Assembly (NCBI RefSeq): GCF_006345805.1
Contig: NW_021833042.1
Span: 24,268-88,267, forward strand
Direction of reading: 5' to 3'
DNA length: 64,000 nt
From: Octopus sinensis
Lineage: Eukaryota
The notes under the pieces were generated by a model. The model ran no database searches and was not told the DNA's origin. It saw only the letters and a program-made list of their open reading frames with translations. A program made the position numbers and the translations under genes. Shown one piece after another: positions 38,109 to 51,295 of this stretch (positions are counted from its first letter, which is position 1; the number at the start of each line of letters is the position of its first letter).

Positions 38109-38326
38109 AACATATAAATTAATGGAGGTTTAATTTCATTTTCCTTATTCCGTAACTATTTAGAATGGAAAATATTTATTCAAAACTAAAGGTAACTGTC
38201 TTGTAGCTTGTTTAGTTTTGTTTATTCTTTAATCATGCTTTCGTTCATAGTCATACTGTGTATATTTTCATATCAATCTCTTGACACTTCCTCTTGAAAT
38301 TTTTATTGTGATTTCTTTGAGTGCAA

Positions 38327-38330
38327 AAAA

Positions 38331-38410
<80 letters not shown>

Positions 38411-38425
38411 AGAAAGAAAGAAAAA
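38327..38425. repeat. (GAAA)n microsatellite
   Basis: Read directly from the sequence. Confidence 0.95.
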
Positions 38426-39454
38426 ACGGACAGAAAAAAGATACATTTTACACGGTATTGGATGGTTCCTAGTTGTAGATTAGTCCAGTTTTATCAAAAT
38501 AGTAAAATATTATATTAGTTGAATCAAGTGATATTTGAACTAAAATTATGGATGTATATATATCATAATGAAGAAAGTTATTCATTAATTATATGTGTAA
38601 CAGTTACTAAAAGAAAGCAATTATTAAAGGCTTGACCATCTGGAATTTTTTATAAATTCATGTTCCAAGAAATTTCCTGTAATTTTGATTTCTGAAGATT
38701 ATGTAATATTTGAACTACAAGTGTTTTTACAGATTTGAATATTCAGAGTAGACTTTAATGTTTAATAAACAATATTCGTTGCAGGTGAAATTTTCCATTT
38801 TCATTTGCAACAGTCTCTCACTCTCTCTCGCCTCTATTTTCATTGATGATAATTTAATATATATTCATTTCAATATTTTCATTTCAATTTTTAATTCGCT
38901 ATTTGCAAATCCTACAGTTTATTCTATATACGTAATTTTTAAAAAATTATTTAATGAATGAATGAATGCTATTAGACAAAATAGCTGTATAACTTTAAAG
39001 CTTATGTTAATATCAGTTTCCGGAATTTGTTAAATGAATAATTTTGATAAAATGAAAATTTCTTAATATACCGGCATAAATTTTTTAATAAATAAAGAAG
39101 AGATTTTGTTGGTGGCTGTTTGGAACGCTATAAGCCTTCCAATAATAAGCATGTGATCGCTGCTACTTCCAGCACGCTAAACGTAGTTGGGTTACCTTGA
39201 AGATTCTTTAAATGAGAGGTATATTACAACAACGATAAATTACTGGAAGAAATATTTACTAAGCAACACTCCTAGTTTGGTTTCATTATTACACAAATAT
39301 CACTTTGGAATTTTGTGTCCAAAAAAATTTGCGACTGAAAATATCAATGTGAAAATATTGTCAAGTGGCTAGCAGAAAACCACCCGGAGGGCAATCTTTC
39401 TGCAAGGGGGATTAATATTGGAAATAATTTCATTATTTTAATAGGCTGGTGGCA

Positions 39455-39750
39455 GAAAGTTGGCAGAATTGTTTGCATGCCGGATAAAATGCTTTGTAGT
39501 GTTTTTGTCTGTCTTTATATACTATTTTCAAATTCCACCGAGATCGGCTTATTTTTTCGGGGTCAACAAAAACTTCTATCTTTTAGTCGTTTCAGTCGTT
39601 ATACTGCGGCTCTGCTAGGACCCCACCTTTAGCTTTTAGTCGAATGAATCAACCCTTATACTTATTTTTAAGCCCAGTACTCATTCTGTCGATCACTTTG
39701 CCCAACCGTTAATTTATGGTAATGCAGTCACACAAACACCAGTTGTCATA
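39455..39750 (+). mobile_element. Degenerate tRNA-SINE (family B head), shared with 53465-53700
   Basis: ttggcagaattgtt..ttcaaattcc..ggggtc. The same composite lies upstream of paralog 3. Confidence 0.6.
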
Positions 39751-40689
39751 TATATATATATATATATATATTTTGTTTCCTTGTCCTGTCTTTTACTGTT
39801 TTTATCGTTATTTATACTGTTTTTTTCTTCATTTGTATTGCTTTTACGTCCTGTTCTTGTCACTTTTTTTTATTTTACCCCTCCGCAAATGAATCTTATT
39901 TAATTCATTTTGCGGGAAGGACTGCTTCGGTGTTGTCGTGTTCTGCCCTTACCTTCGAAACAAGCATTGAGTCGAAACAGGGGCAGCTGAAGAAGGGGAA
40001 TTTTCCTTGTGTTGTTTGTCTTGTACTCTGTTTTTTCGTTGTTAAAAAAAGTCCTTTTACTTGTTTGGTTTTATGTTATCGTTTCTCGTTGTGTTCTACG
40101 TTTATTTGTGGTGTCCTGTACTCATATATGCATGTATATATACATATAGATGTAGGTACGTACATATATGTATGTATGCATATGTTTTATTTATTAAATT
40201 GTTATTATATATATGCACACACATATATATCAGTAAACAAACAGGGAGTATCAAGGATTGAATAGAAAGAACACAACAAAGAAAAAAATTAACGGAAACA
40301 CAGCAAACAGAAAACTAAGGAATCCGTGACAAGAGTAAAATTAGACGAAAACATAACCAACGGAAAATTCGACAAAAACATGGAACATCGAAAATTCGTA
40401 GCTGATTTCCTCATCAGTGAATGTCCAAATTATCCTGGTGGTTTCTCTCTTTGTGTCAAAAAATGACTACTAAATATTACTTATATCAGCGCTTAAATTT
40501 TTTTTGAAAAGGATACATTGGCTATAATAATTTCGAGTAGGCATTACGCCTTTGTAGACAGGATAGTGGTCGGAGATGGAACATTTTGTACAATAGAACT
40601 ACTTGTTCAAACTTACCTTTCAGCTAAACAATAGCAACAATACCAACGACGGTGACCACAACAACAGCAATAACAATAGTAAGAATTGT

Positions 40690-40702
40690 TTTCTTACCTT
40701 TT
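40690..40702 (-). promoter_or_regulatory. Putative splice donor of non-coding exon 1, paralog 2
   Basis: AAG|GTAAGA with GT at 40697-40696. A second perfect AAG|GTAAGT lies at 40616. Confidence 0.6.
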
Positions 40703-41270
40703 GTGAGCGAGTCACTTCTCAAACACGAAAATGTAATTTTGTTCGCTTTCCTGGTTAAAATAAATGTGCGATAAGATAGTTGGTCTGCACAATAATAACT
40801 TTAGTTTGATTTAATGGCTTTAAATACAGACATAAATACATAGATACATACATTCATATTTATATACACACATATATACTTATATGAATATATACATACA
40901 TAACCTAGATAACGACAATGCTCTCTGAGTATATTAGTTGCAAACAACTTGCAGAAAGAAGTGCTAACAGTTAGATATCACAGATGCCAGATACTACCTG
41001 ATGTATGAGGTCATCAAGAGAGAAGGCACATCGTTCTGAGAACTTTCTTTCGCTGGTGTTATTGCACATTGACCCCACTTACAGAGATAAGGCCCCGCTT
41101 ACTAGAGCAACTGTTTCATGTGGTATTCTTCTAGCCACTTAGTATAAAGGGGGGGAGATATGTGTAAGAATGTATTTACATAGGTAGACGTGTATATGTC
41201 TGCATGTCGTGAGTGTTTTTGTATGTATGCATATACGGGCACACACACACACTCATATATATGTGTGTGT

Positions 41271-41745
41271 AAACGCTCTAAGTTAAGTCGTATTTAGGCA
41301 ATGCATATAATTAAGGCTAAAGTATCTTCCTGGTTGCTAACAAAAATTTAATTAGCCTTTACTATTTAATTGAAATAATACTGTTTTTTAAACAATGGCG
41401 GTGAAACTTAATAGACATTTTCAATGTTTTAGGTGCCTAATATCCATGTATGGATATGTTTAAAATTTCACACTCATATATATATGAGTGTGAAATTTTA
41501 AACATATCCATACATTTTCCCTTTGTCACTACTATACCTTTATTAAATAGGACTTAACTGATATCAAGTATCCTGTTTACATTATACCTTCTCATGTCCA
41601 AAATATTAGGCACCTGAAACATTGAAAATGTCTATTAAGTTTCACCGTATTATTTCTATTAAATAGCAAAGGCTAATTAAATTTTTGTTAGCAGCCAGGA
41701 AGATACTTCAGCCTTAGTTATATGCAATGCCTAAATAGAGCGTTT
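41271..41745. repeat. Nested fold-back (inverted duplication) upstream of paralog 2
   Basis: 41271-41445 is the reverse complement of about 41603-41745. Inner palindrome about 41446-41515 centred on (TA)n. Confidence 0.85.
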
Positions 41746-42204
41746 ACTCACAGTTATAGAACGATAATACACACATAATAACGTTTTAGAATGCATTCTA
41801 AATATACGAGGTGGTATCAAAATATTCCCGGACTAGTTATCTTCTTATATAATAACACGTTTAGTGTGACCCTGTCTTTCACGCTGTACGTTGTAGGTAA
41901 AAAAATAGTAAAACAACACACGAAGTGGCAGTGAGTGGTAGTCAGAGATGCTAAAGCAGAAAGACAATATTTAAAGGCTCTACTCGGAAGACGCTAGGGA
42001 AAGACGAGTGACAGTCTGAGGCGACGACAGTCAGAGGTGAGCTCTGAATTCCCCACAATGAAAATGAAATCAAATTTACATCGTAAGTTATATCTCTCGA
42101 TTTCACAAGCACACACACACACACACACGCACACATTTACACATACACACACGCATTTGTATGCACACGCATAGATTTACATACATAGGTATGTGCATGT
42201 ATGA

Positions 42205-42261
<57 letters not shown>

Positions 42262-42884
42262 AGGTTTTGGTATCCAGAAGACCTAAGATGGCAGGTAAGG
42301 CTATGAAAGTGCTATAGAAGGATAATAGACCTCCGGTCCGATAATATAAATTTTAAACAGCGATACGCTGCGCATCTCAATTCTTTTAGAGATGAGAAAC
42401 ACAGTAAACCCACAACCCACGCCAGTCGCATACATCATCACAAAAATAGGAATATTACATATAACTTATGATGGTCCATAATAGATTCAGGGCTTTCATA
42501 CCAAGGTCACGCTCAGCCTGCAAGTTATATCTAAAAGAAGCATTCAACATATTAAAGCATAACTTTTCAATACTACTAAATAAATATAACGAGGCCTTAG
42601 GTACATACAACCACCGCTTTTTTTCATACATTCAAATTTTACCTCAGATCTAAATGCAACCTAAATCACTACACTGTACATATATCGAACACCCTTTAGA
42701 CAATCTCCAGCAGCCCAATCCGACTTTCCAATGTCTTAATTTTTTAACTTTTCAATTTTTTTATTGTTTAACTATAAATTTTAAACAGCAATACCATGCG
42801 CATCACAGTTCTTTTAGATTGGTTTCCGGTATGCGGAAATTTAGATTGGTAGCACTTGCACAAAGTTGTTTGCAAAACATATAT

Positions 42885-42918
<34 letters not shown>

Positions 42919-43993
42919 GTTATTGAAGTAGATAAATGAATTATCTAATTACGGATAATTCAAATGATAACCAATACCTGGGTAGCAAAAATCACAACAG
43001 AAAAGGCACGGTTGGGGTTACGACCATGGGGCCTAAAATCCGTGCCTTAGTGCGGAAATTTGAAGTTTTATATATTTAGTGTAGGAAGAAATGGAGCTGA
43101 ACGAAGATTTAACAAAATTCCTTTTTATTATTTTCTACATATGTTTCAAAGGTTGCAAAGTCCCTAATTCGGATTGAATAAGGAGTCCATTTTGCAGCCT
43201 TCTCTTCAGGAAAATCCAGGAACTTAATTCTCCAACAAAATGCACAGCAAACTTTTCGACAAAACGCTCACGAGGAGCCCATGGAATAAATGGCACAAAC
43301 TGTCCATCTTTATGCGTTGACGCCAGGTTGGGTGAAAGCAGACGAGAAGGTCCGTTGAGATAATACAAGGTCAAAATCCGGTTAGCAGAAGGGGAGTACA
43401 GGAAAATCAAAGAGTGTGAATGTATTCTGTATGACTGGTGTTAATATTTGAATTATTTTAAGAATGAGTGCTAGAGCGTTTGAGTGTGAGAAATTGCTTT
43501 CATGTATGTGTGTGTGCGTCTATGTATGTGTGGCAGTGTGTTTCGAAGGCAGCAAGAGAGAGAGATATATATAGCAGGTATTAATGGTCAAGCAACAGAA
43601 AAGACTGTGTCTGTGTGTTCGACTGTAACGACTTGATAGAGAGAGGGGGTGTCACAATGGTCATGGCAGGATACAGTGCTGCTGTCAGGGATGTCAGCAG
43701 TTCTAGACAACTAGCAGTTCTTATAATAACAGGGGAGTGATATCCCCTTACAAATTTAATTCAAATTTTTTTCCAATTTTCTTAGGAAATCAAGGGGTTA
43801 ACTATATTAGACTTCATTGGTATGAGAGAAATGTATGCCTTTTCCAGTGGGGGCATCTGAAAGAATTTTGCACAATCGAGTTAACAAGGTACCCTCGGGC
43901 GAACAAAATATGAAAGAGTTCCGAGTTACAAAGAGCACAGATTTTTTTGCCCTTATCAAACGGTATAATAACTAATCCACCCGGCTATGATTA

Positions 43994-44076
43994 ACTATAT
44001 ACGCGTTTCGGAGCTAGACAGATGTGAAAAATGTAAAATCATATTTCCACTCTATCATTCTCCTCTTCAGTACAGT
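43994..44076 (-). ncRNA. Minimal type I hammerhead ribozyme
   Basis: ACTGTA CTGAAGA GGAG-(loop)-CTCC GAAAC GC GTA TATAGT. Intact core, 6-bp stem I with one G-U. Confidence 0.75.
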
Positions 44077-44520
44077 AATTCAAGATTTTAAATTTGAGAG
44101 CAGCACTGCAAAAATTAAACATGCCTTATCTGACCAGGCGACATCAGACAACATACATCTAACGACCAGTACTTCCGAATTCAAACAGAATTATGCTCAT
44201 AATTATAAAATTGTATGTATCGAAACATTTGTAACGATTAAAAAGTTGCCTAACCATACTTACTCTTCCTTTTGACTCTTTTAATTTTTACTTACTCTTC
44301 CTTTTGACTCTTTTAATTTTTACTTTATATATATATATCTCATGGTGCGATACGAACACTTAACGTGGTTTTTGTAGTCAGAGTTTCGACTGCTATTTCG
44401 GCATGTTGGTGTCTCTTAGACACCCTCATTTTTAATTGTTAAAAATTATTACCTTTGTACGGTATTTTTCCCATGCTGGCCACTTGATAATATGGATACT
44501 TAAATATCGATATTATCCTC

Positions 44521-45830
<1,310 letters not shown>

Positions 45831-46099
45831 GTCTTGGTTTAACAACCGTCACGTTTGCTTTTACTGTCTTGTTCTCACTGTCCTCTTTTTGTTACCACTT
45901 TCGCTCTCCGCAAAAAAAACCAAATTTTATTTAATTTGCTTTTTTTACCTGTTCAAAGTATGTTTTTACCTTTTCATATTATATTCGCTATCTGTTATCT
46001 TCTTCTTCTTCTTCTTCTTCTTCTTCTTCTTCTTCTTCTTCTTCTTCTTCTTCTTCTTCTTCTCACTGCTATTACTCTTATTATTGTTATTATTATTAT

Positions 46100-46620
46100 T
46101 GAGTGAGAGAGCAGTGCATGCCATCAAAGTGACACTAGAGTAAAATATACGAAGCCCAGTATACTCATCATGACTATCCGTCTGATAAGGGTACAGTAGG
46201 CACATGCATCATACCCATATGTGCGTGACATGATAATCTCATATCAAGATAAGCAGTGCATGACGTTGCAGGTGGGACTCAGAATTTTCTTCTGGTCGAG
46301 TAGCCCATCCGCTTAAAAGGTCCCTGAATAAGGAACGAAACACCCATGTTTCCAGAAGTGAATTATTCAAACCCCAAAGAATTCCTCTCAACACATGGCT
46401 ATGATGCTCCCCCACTACTTCTGCTCATGATCAGAGATGCAAATATCGCCAGCCATTAATGGACATGTTTAACTGGTTGGGGTCAAAGAACTGACAAGGA
46501 AATCTGTGGTATTGAGGAGAATATTTGCTGTAGCCCATTTTTATACCAAGACAAAACAATGTTCCTGATAACACTTCCAATCAGTGAAGATCAGAAGCCA
46601 TGAGAATCACTGCCTAGTAC
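46100..46620 (-). mobile_element. Copy 3 of the (TAA)n-embedded non-coding element
   Basis: Reverse complement of 370-859 with about 60 extra 5' bases. Confidence 0.75.
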
Positions 46621-46639
46621 TGCATATTATTATTATTAT

Positions 46640-46865
46640 TCAGCAGTTTTATTTTTATAATATGCTTTCACTGCATTACCGAGCGCAGCTCTGTGTGCCT
46701 TAGGTATGTGCTGTGGTTTGCCGTGATGCTCTTATGGTAATTGTATTGAAAGCGTTTTATGCAGGATATGTGCAGTGCCTAGTAGTACTATTTTCTGTAT
46801 GTTATATATAATTTTTAGTCCTGGTATTTTTGTTATGTATTTGTCTGAATGTTTTGTATCATACC
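46640..46865 (-). mobile_element. Short 3' end of the R4/Dong-like element
   Basis: Reverse complement of about 2960-3182, between (TTA)n tracts. Confidence 0.8.
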
Positions 46866-46959
46866 TATTATTATTATTATTATTATTATTATATTATTAT
46901 TATTATATTATTATTACTATTATTATTATTATCATTATTATTATTGTTGTTATTAAGGC

Positions 46960-47900
46960 TTACAGTATCGTAGATATCGATAGACCTATATCTTAAAAAA
47001 GTCTTATCTTATATGTCTCAATTTGGTTTTTAAAATGCTTATTCAAGATGAATAATGCATCATCCCTGTATAGACCACCTCCTAGCTCAGGAAATTCCCT
47101 ACTTATTGTAAACAGCGTATACATACCCATCAGATTAGTGACTTGTGCTGAATCCATTGATCCCATAGTTATATCGAAGTTATCATTTTTATCCTTCCTT
47201 AACCAGTCCTTATTCCGAAATTTTATAAATGATTTTCTTGCCGCTAAACTTACGTTTGTTTCTTCATGGTTAGTGCAGAGTTTTTCTTAGCAAATAAAAG
47301 CTTTGTTAAGTAGGATGGACTTTATAGATGAGTAATAGCTATTTATGTAGATTTGTATAAATTTATTTATATATTTATTATCTATCTTATTAAACCAATT
47401 GATTACTTCATATGAGCTAGACCAAAAAGTTAGTTTAATTATAATTCTTAAAGTGGATATATATTTATCCATGATCATCTAACTAATCTCACCAAAGTCT
47501 GATTCCGAGAGGCATATGAGCCTTACATTAAGCTTAGTCCTGAAATTAGGATTGTGGTCCTTAATGATAATTCTTGACATTCTGAGTTCATAAGGTTCTG
47601 TCTTCTTGGCTATCTTATATTTTTCCATTGCATACTTCTTAGGTTGTTGCTGTTTGCTACTTTATAGTTCTTAGTTATTTCTTCCTTAAGAAGTCTTTGA
47701 TACTAAGGAATGCTTATATTAGAAAGGATACCGGTCTTTTTTGGCATAAACCAGTGCGCCTTTCTTCCTTAGTACTTTTATAATAGAGTGTAATTTCCTT
47801 AGAGGTTCCTTTCTAGGTAGAGGGAATTTATTACGGTTAATAAATTTAATATTCTTGACTATATACCTAGCAACCTAATTTGAAAAGGTAAATTGTAAAA
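46960..47900 (-). mobile_element. Penelope-like RT fragment
   Basis: Minus frames: YYSSIKSILLNKAF, NFDITMGSMDSAQVTNLMGMY..GGLYRDDAL. Confidence 0.8.
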
Positions 47901-47919
47901 TTTACCTTTATATATATAT

Positions 47920-47960
<41 letters not shown>

Positions 47961-48064
47961 TGTATATATATATATATGAATATATATATGTATATGTATA
48001 TATATTATATATATATATATATGTATGTATATGCATATATATATATGTATACATATATATGTAC

Positions 48065-48098
<34 letters not shown>

Positions 48099-48248
48099 CG
48101 ATATATATGTACGTGTATATATATGTATATATGAATATGTATGTATATATATGCATGCATATATATATATATATATATATGTCTACATCTATATATATAT
48201 AGTATACGTACATGTATAAATGCATATATGTATATATATTATATATAT

Positions 48249-48330
<82 letters not shown>

Positions 48331-48858
48331 GAGAGACTAAACTGTACGTACGCTGCCATATGTATATATAAAAAGGAATACAAAAAAGGACAACAAAACA
48401 TCCAGACAGATTAAACAAAAGAGGGACAAGAAAAAAACACGGACGGGTCATTCGAAATTCGATTGAGGAAAGAAAACATTGAATGACCTGTCTGTGTTTT
48501 TTCTTCTCCCTCTTTTGTATCATCTGAGTGGATGTTTTGCATTCTTTTCCCGTTTTTTGTATTCCTCTCGCTCTCTCTATGTATATATATATTAATTTAA
48601 TAATTAACAAATTTCACTATGTAGCTACGGTATGGAAAAAAAACCATAATCGGTAAAAACTTATACAAAAAGCCTTTTTATAATTATAAATATAATTAAG
48701 TGTTTAGCAAAAAGTTGCTTTACCACATACCGAAAATTTAGAAATAGCAGTTAAAAACCGCTAATTTTTTTAACTACAATATGTCTCCAGAGACCGCAAT
48801 ACTTGTAACTCACATAGGCAACAAGGAAAAAAATCGAAATCAACCAGTCTTACGATTA

Positions 48859-48915
48859 ATCATGTACGCGTTTCGGGATTAGAATTTTAAAATTCATTTC
48901 CCTCATCAGCATGAT
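48859..48915 (-). ncRNA. Minimal type I hammerhead ribozyme
   Basis: ATCATG CTGATGA GGGA..TCCC GAAAC GC GTA CATGAT. Perfect 6-bp stem I and intact core. Confidence 0.8.
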
Positions 48916-49024
48916 ATTTCAAGATTATAAATTTGAAAATGCTAAACCTACCCGTTGCATCCTCGATCAAGCGACATCGAAACATAACATAAGATAGAAC
49001 AGCACTTCCGGATTTATATAAATT

Positions 49025-49505
49025 TATATAAATTTAGAAAGTCTTACAGCTGTTTCCGGGATATTTCATATAACCCTTCATCGGAGACGGTGTGAGAAAA
49101 TGGTTACACAATAGTTAATTTGGATAAGATATGAAATAGTGAGTGAAGTGAAGCAATGAAAATAGACGTGAGATATGCATGGATATTGCATCTGTAGATC
49201 CATTATTTAGGCAGAATGGTATACATATAAGATTTCAATACCTTGTGAGTAAGTTCCAACAGTACTTAATACTGTTGGAACTTACAAGGTATTGGAATCT
49301 TATATGTATACCATTCTGTCTAAACAATGGATCTACAGATGCAATATCCATGTATATCTTACAACTATTTTCATTCCTCCACTTCACTCTCTATTTCATA
49401 TCTTATCTAAATTAACTATTGCTTAACCATTTTCTCGCATCGTCTCCGATTAAGGGATATATAAAATATCCCAGAAACAGCTGTAAGACATTCTATTTAT
49501 AAATG
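49025..49505. repeat. Long palindrome (about 240-bp arms, 5-nt loop at 49265-49269) with hammerhead-like motifs at both outer ends
   Basis: The arms are reverse complements. Motif GTCT CCGAT(G/T)A AGGG..CCC(G/A) GAAAC AGCT GTA AGAC at 49041-49088 (-) and 49442-49489 (+). Confidence 0.85.
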
Positions 49506-49584
49506 TTCTAAACTCTTTCATAGCCTTGGATTTTTATCTCATTCTGAAAATTGTATATATCTTAGGTCCTGGTAGGGTATAAAG

Positions 49585-49740
49585 GTATTGTATCTCCTAA
49601 GGAGGCCTTAATGGACGACCTGACACTTCTATCTATAGACAAGCAAATCTTGCAGAGTGCCCTCACGAGGCTAGACGAGCTGATAAAGCAATACAGGGTG
49701 CGATTTAGAGCAAAAAAGACACGTATTCTAACATTCTGGA
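49585..49740 (+). mobile_element. Hero/R2-like RT fragment
   Basis: PKEALMDDLTLLSIDKQILQSALTRLDELIKQYRVRFRAKK. Confidence 0.7.
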
Positions 49741-50954
49741 CTATTAACACTGTCGGATTCCAGACTCATACCGAAATTCTTCAGGTGTAGAAAATCCCGG
49801 TTTCATGACCTTAAAAACGTTGTGTGGGTGTGCTGAAGAGTAAACTATAATACAAACAAGAAAACGAATAAATCATTTAATTCACCTTTAATGATTCGTT
49901 ACAATTATTTTTGATTAACTTTTCTGTTAACAATTATTTACGTAAATAATTCGAAGTTAAAATTTGTGTAACGTTTGCGGCTTTAGACATTTGAGTTGCA
50001 CTTCGTCAGACTTGTATCAAAGGTGTGGCTCTTACGTTTTGCGTCGTCCAGACATGACATTTTTTTTTTTTTGCTTATATCGGGAGGAAACGAAAAGTGG
50101 ATAGAAGTATTGTTAGACGGTGAATAATTAGTATAGAGATCATGAGAGAAGGAGAAAAAGGAAAAATAACAAGAACTACGGACATTAATAAATGAGGAAA
50201 AGACAATATATAGCAAACCAGTGTATCTGGACTAAAGATTCTCAGAATGGTCAGTCAATACAACATTATGACCGGTACAAAAATTCATTAGATGTGTGAG
50301 AAATTATTTCAGTTTAAGATTAAAAGTATGAGACGAATGAAACTGATGACAATGGTAAGAACTATTGCCAGAATTACTTTAATTGAAAAGTGGTCAAAAA
50401 AGTTATAATCTATGTTAGTTTTGAACGAATATAGTTTAGATAAATTGATGATATATAAAATAGAGAAAATAGAGGAGATATAGGAAAATCAATTTGAAAT
50501 TTAAAATTTTAGTATGTCCAAGAGCAGTGGCATAATTACAATAGCGAGTCGTATAAAATGTAGTAGATAAGATGCTTAGATTGAAAGTAAATACTTAGCT
50601 AGTAATATAGATATGACAGCCCTATAAAGCAGACTGTAATAAAACACGATCAAGGTAAAAAGGGATAAGATAAAATATATAATGTATTAAGTTTGAAGGT
50701 TAAGTATAAGAGTTTAGAATTAGCAGAAATAAAAATGTTATGTAAGTTATACAGTAAGTTGCGAATTCTTTATAAATGGAATAGTAGATAAAGCCGTAGA
50801 GAGGGAAAATTGATAGTTAGCTAGTAATATTCATATAATGGGATTGGAGTAAAGCATAAATGTATGAAGTTTAAAATCATAAATTTACAAGTAAAATATA
50901 AAAAATTGTAAATTATAAATTGAAAGTGACATACATCTTGGAACAATGGCCCAT

Positions 50955-51295
50955 ATACAAACACCTAAGAAGGCCTTAATGAATAACTTGGCACTTCTAT
51001 CTATAGACAAGCAAATCATGCAGAGTGCCCTTACGAGGCTAGATGAGCTGATGAAGCAATAAAGGATGCGATTTAGAGCAAAAAAGACACGTATTCTAAC
51101 ATTCATTAAGGCAGTGAAAAAATTAAATTAAAATTTAAAATAGCAAGAGAAAGTATCCCAACAGTTAAAGAAGAACACGTAAAGAGCTTGGAGTGTATAT
51201 AGGCTGGAACATTGCCAGAGAAGAGTTGCGGGATACAGATAATGAAAAAATCCGGATGTAGACTAACAGCAATTGATGAATCAAACTACTAGGGA
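50955..51295 (+). mobile_element. Hero/R2-like RT fragment homologous to 34550-34900
   Basis: Same sequence in the same position relative to the paralog 3' end. Confidence 0.7.

Noticed and set aside
40380-40420. CTGATGAG on the minus strand as another hammerhead
   Set aside because: No GAAA-stem III-NUH follows, in this copy or its homolog at about 22640.
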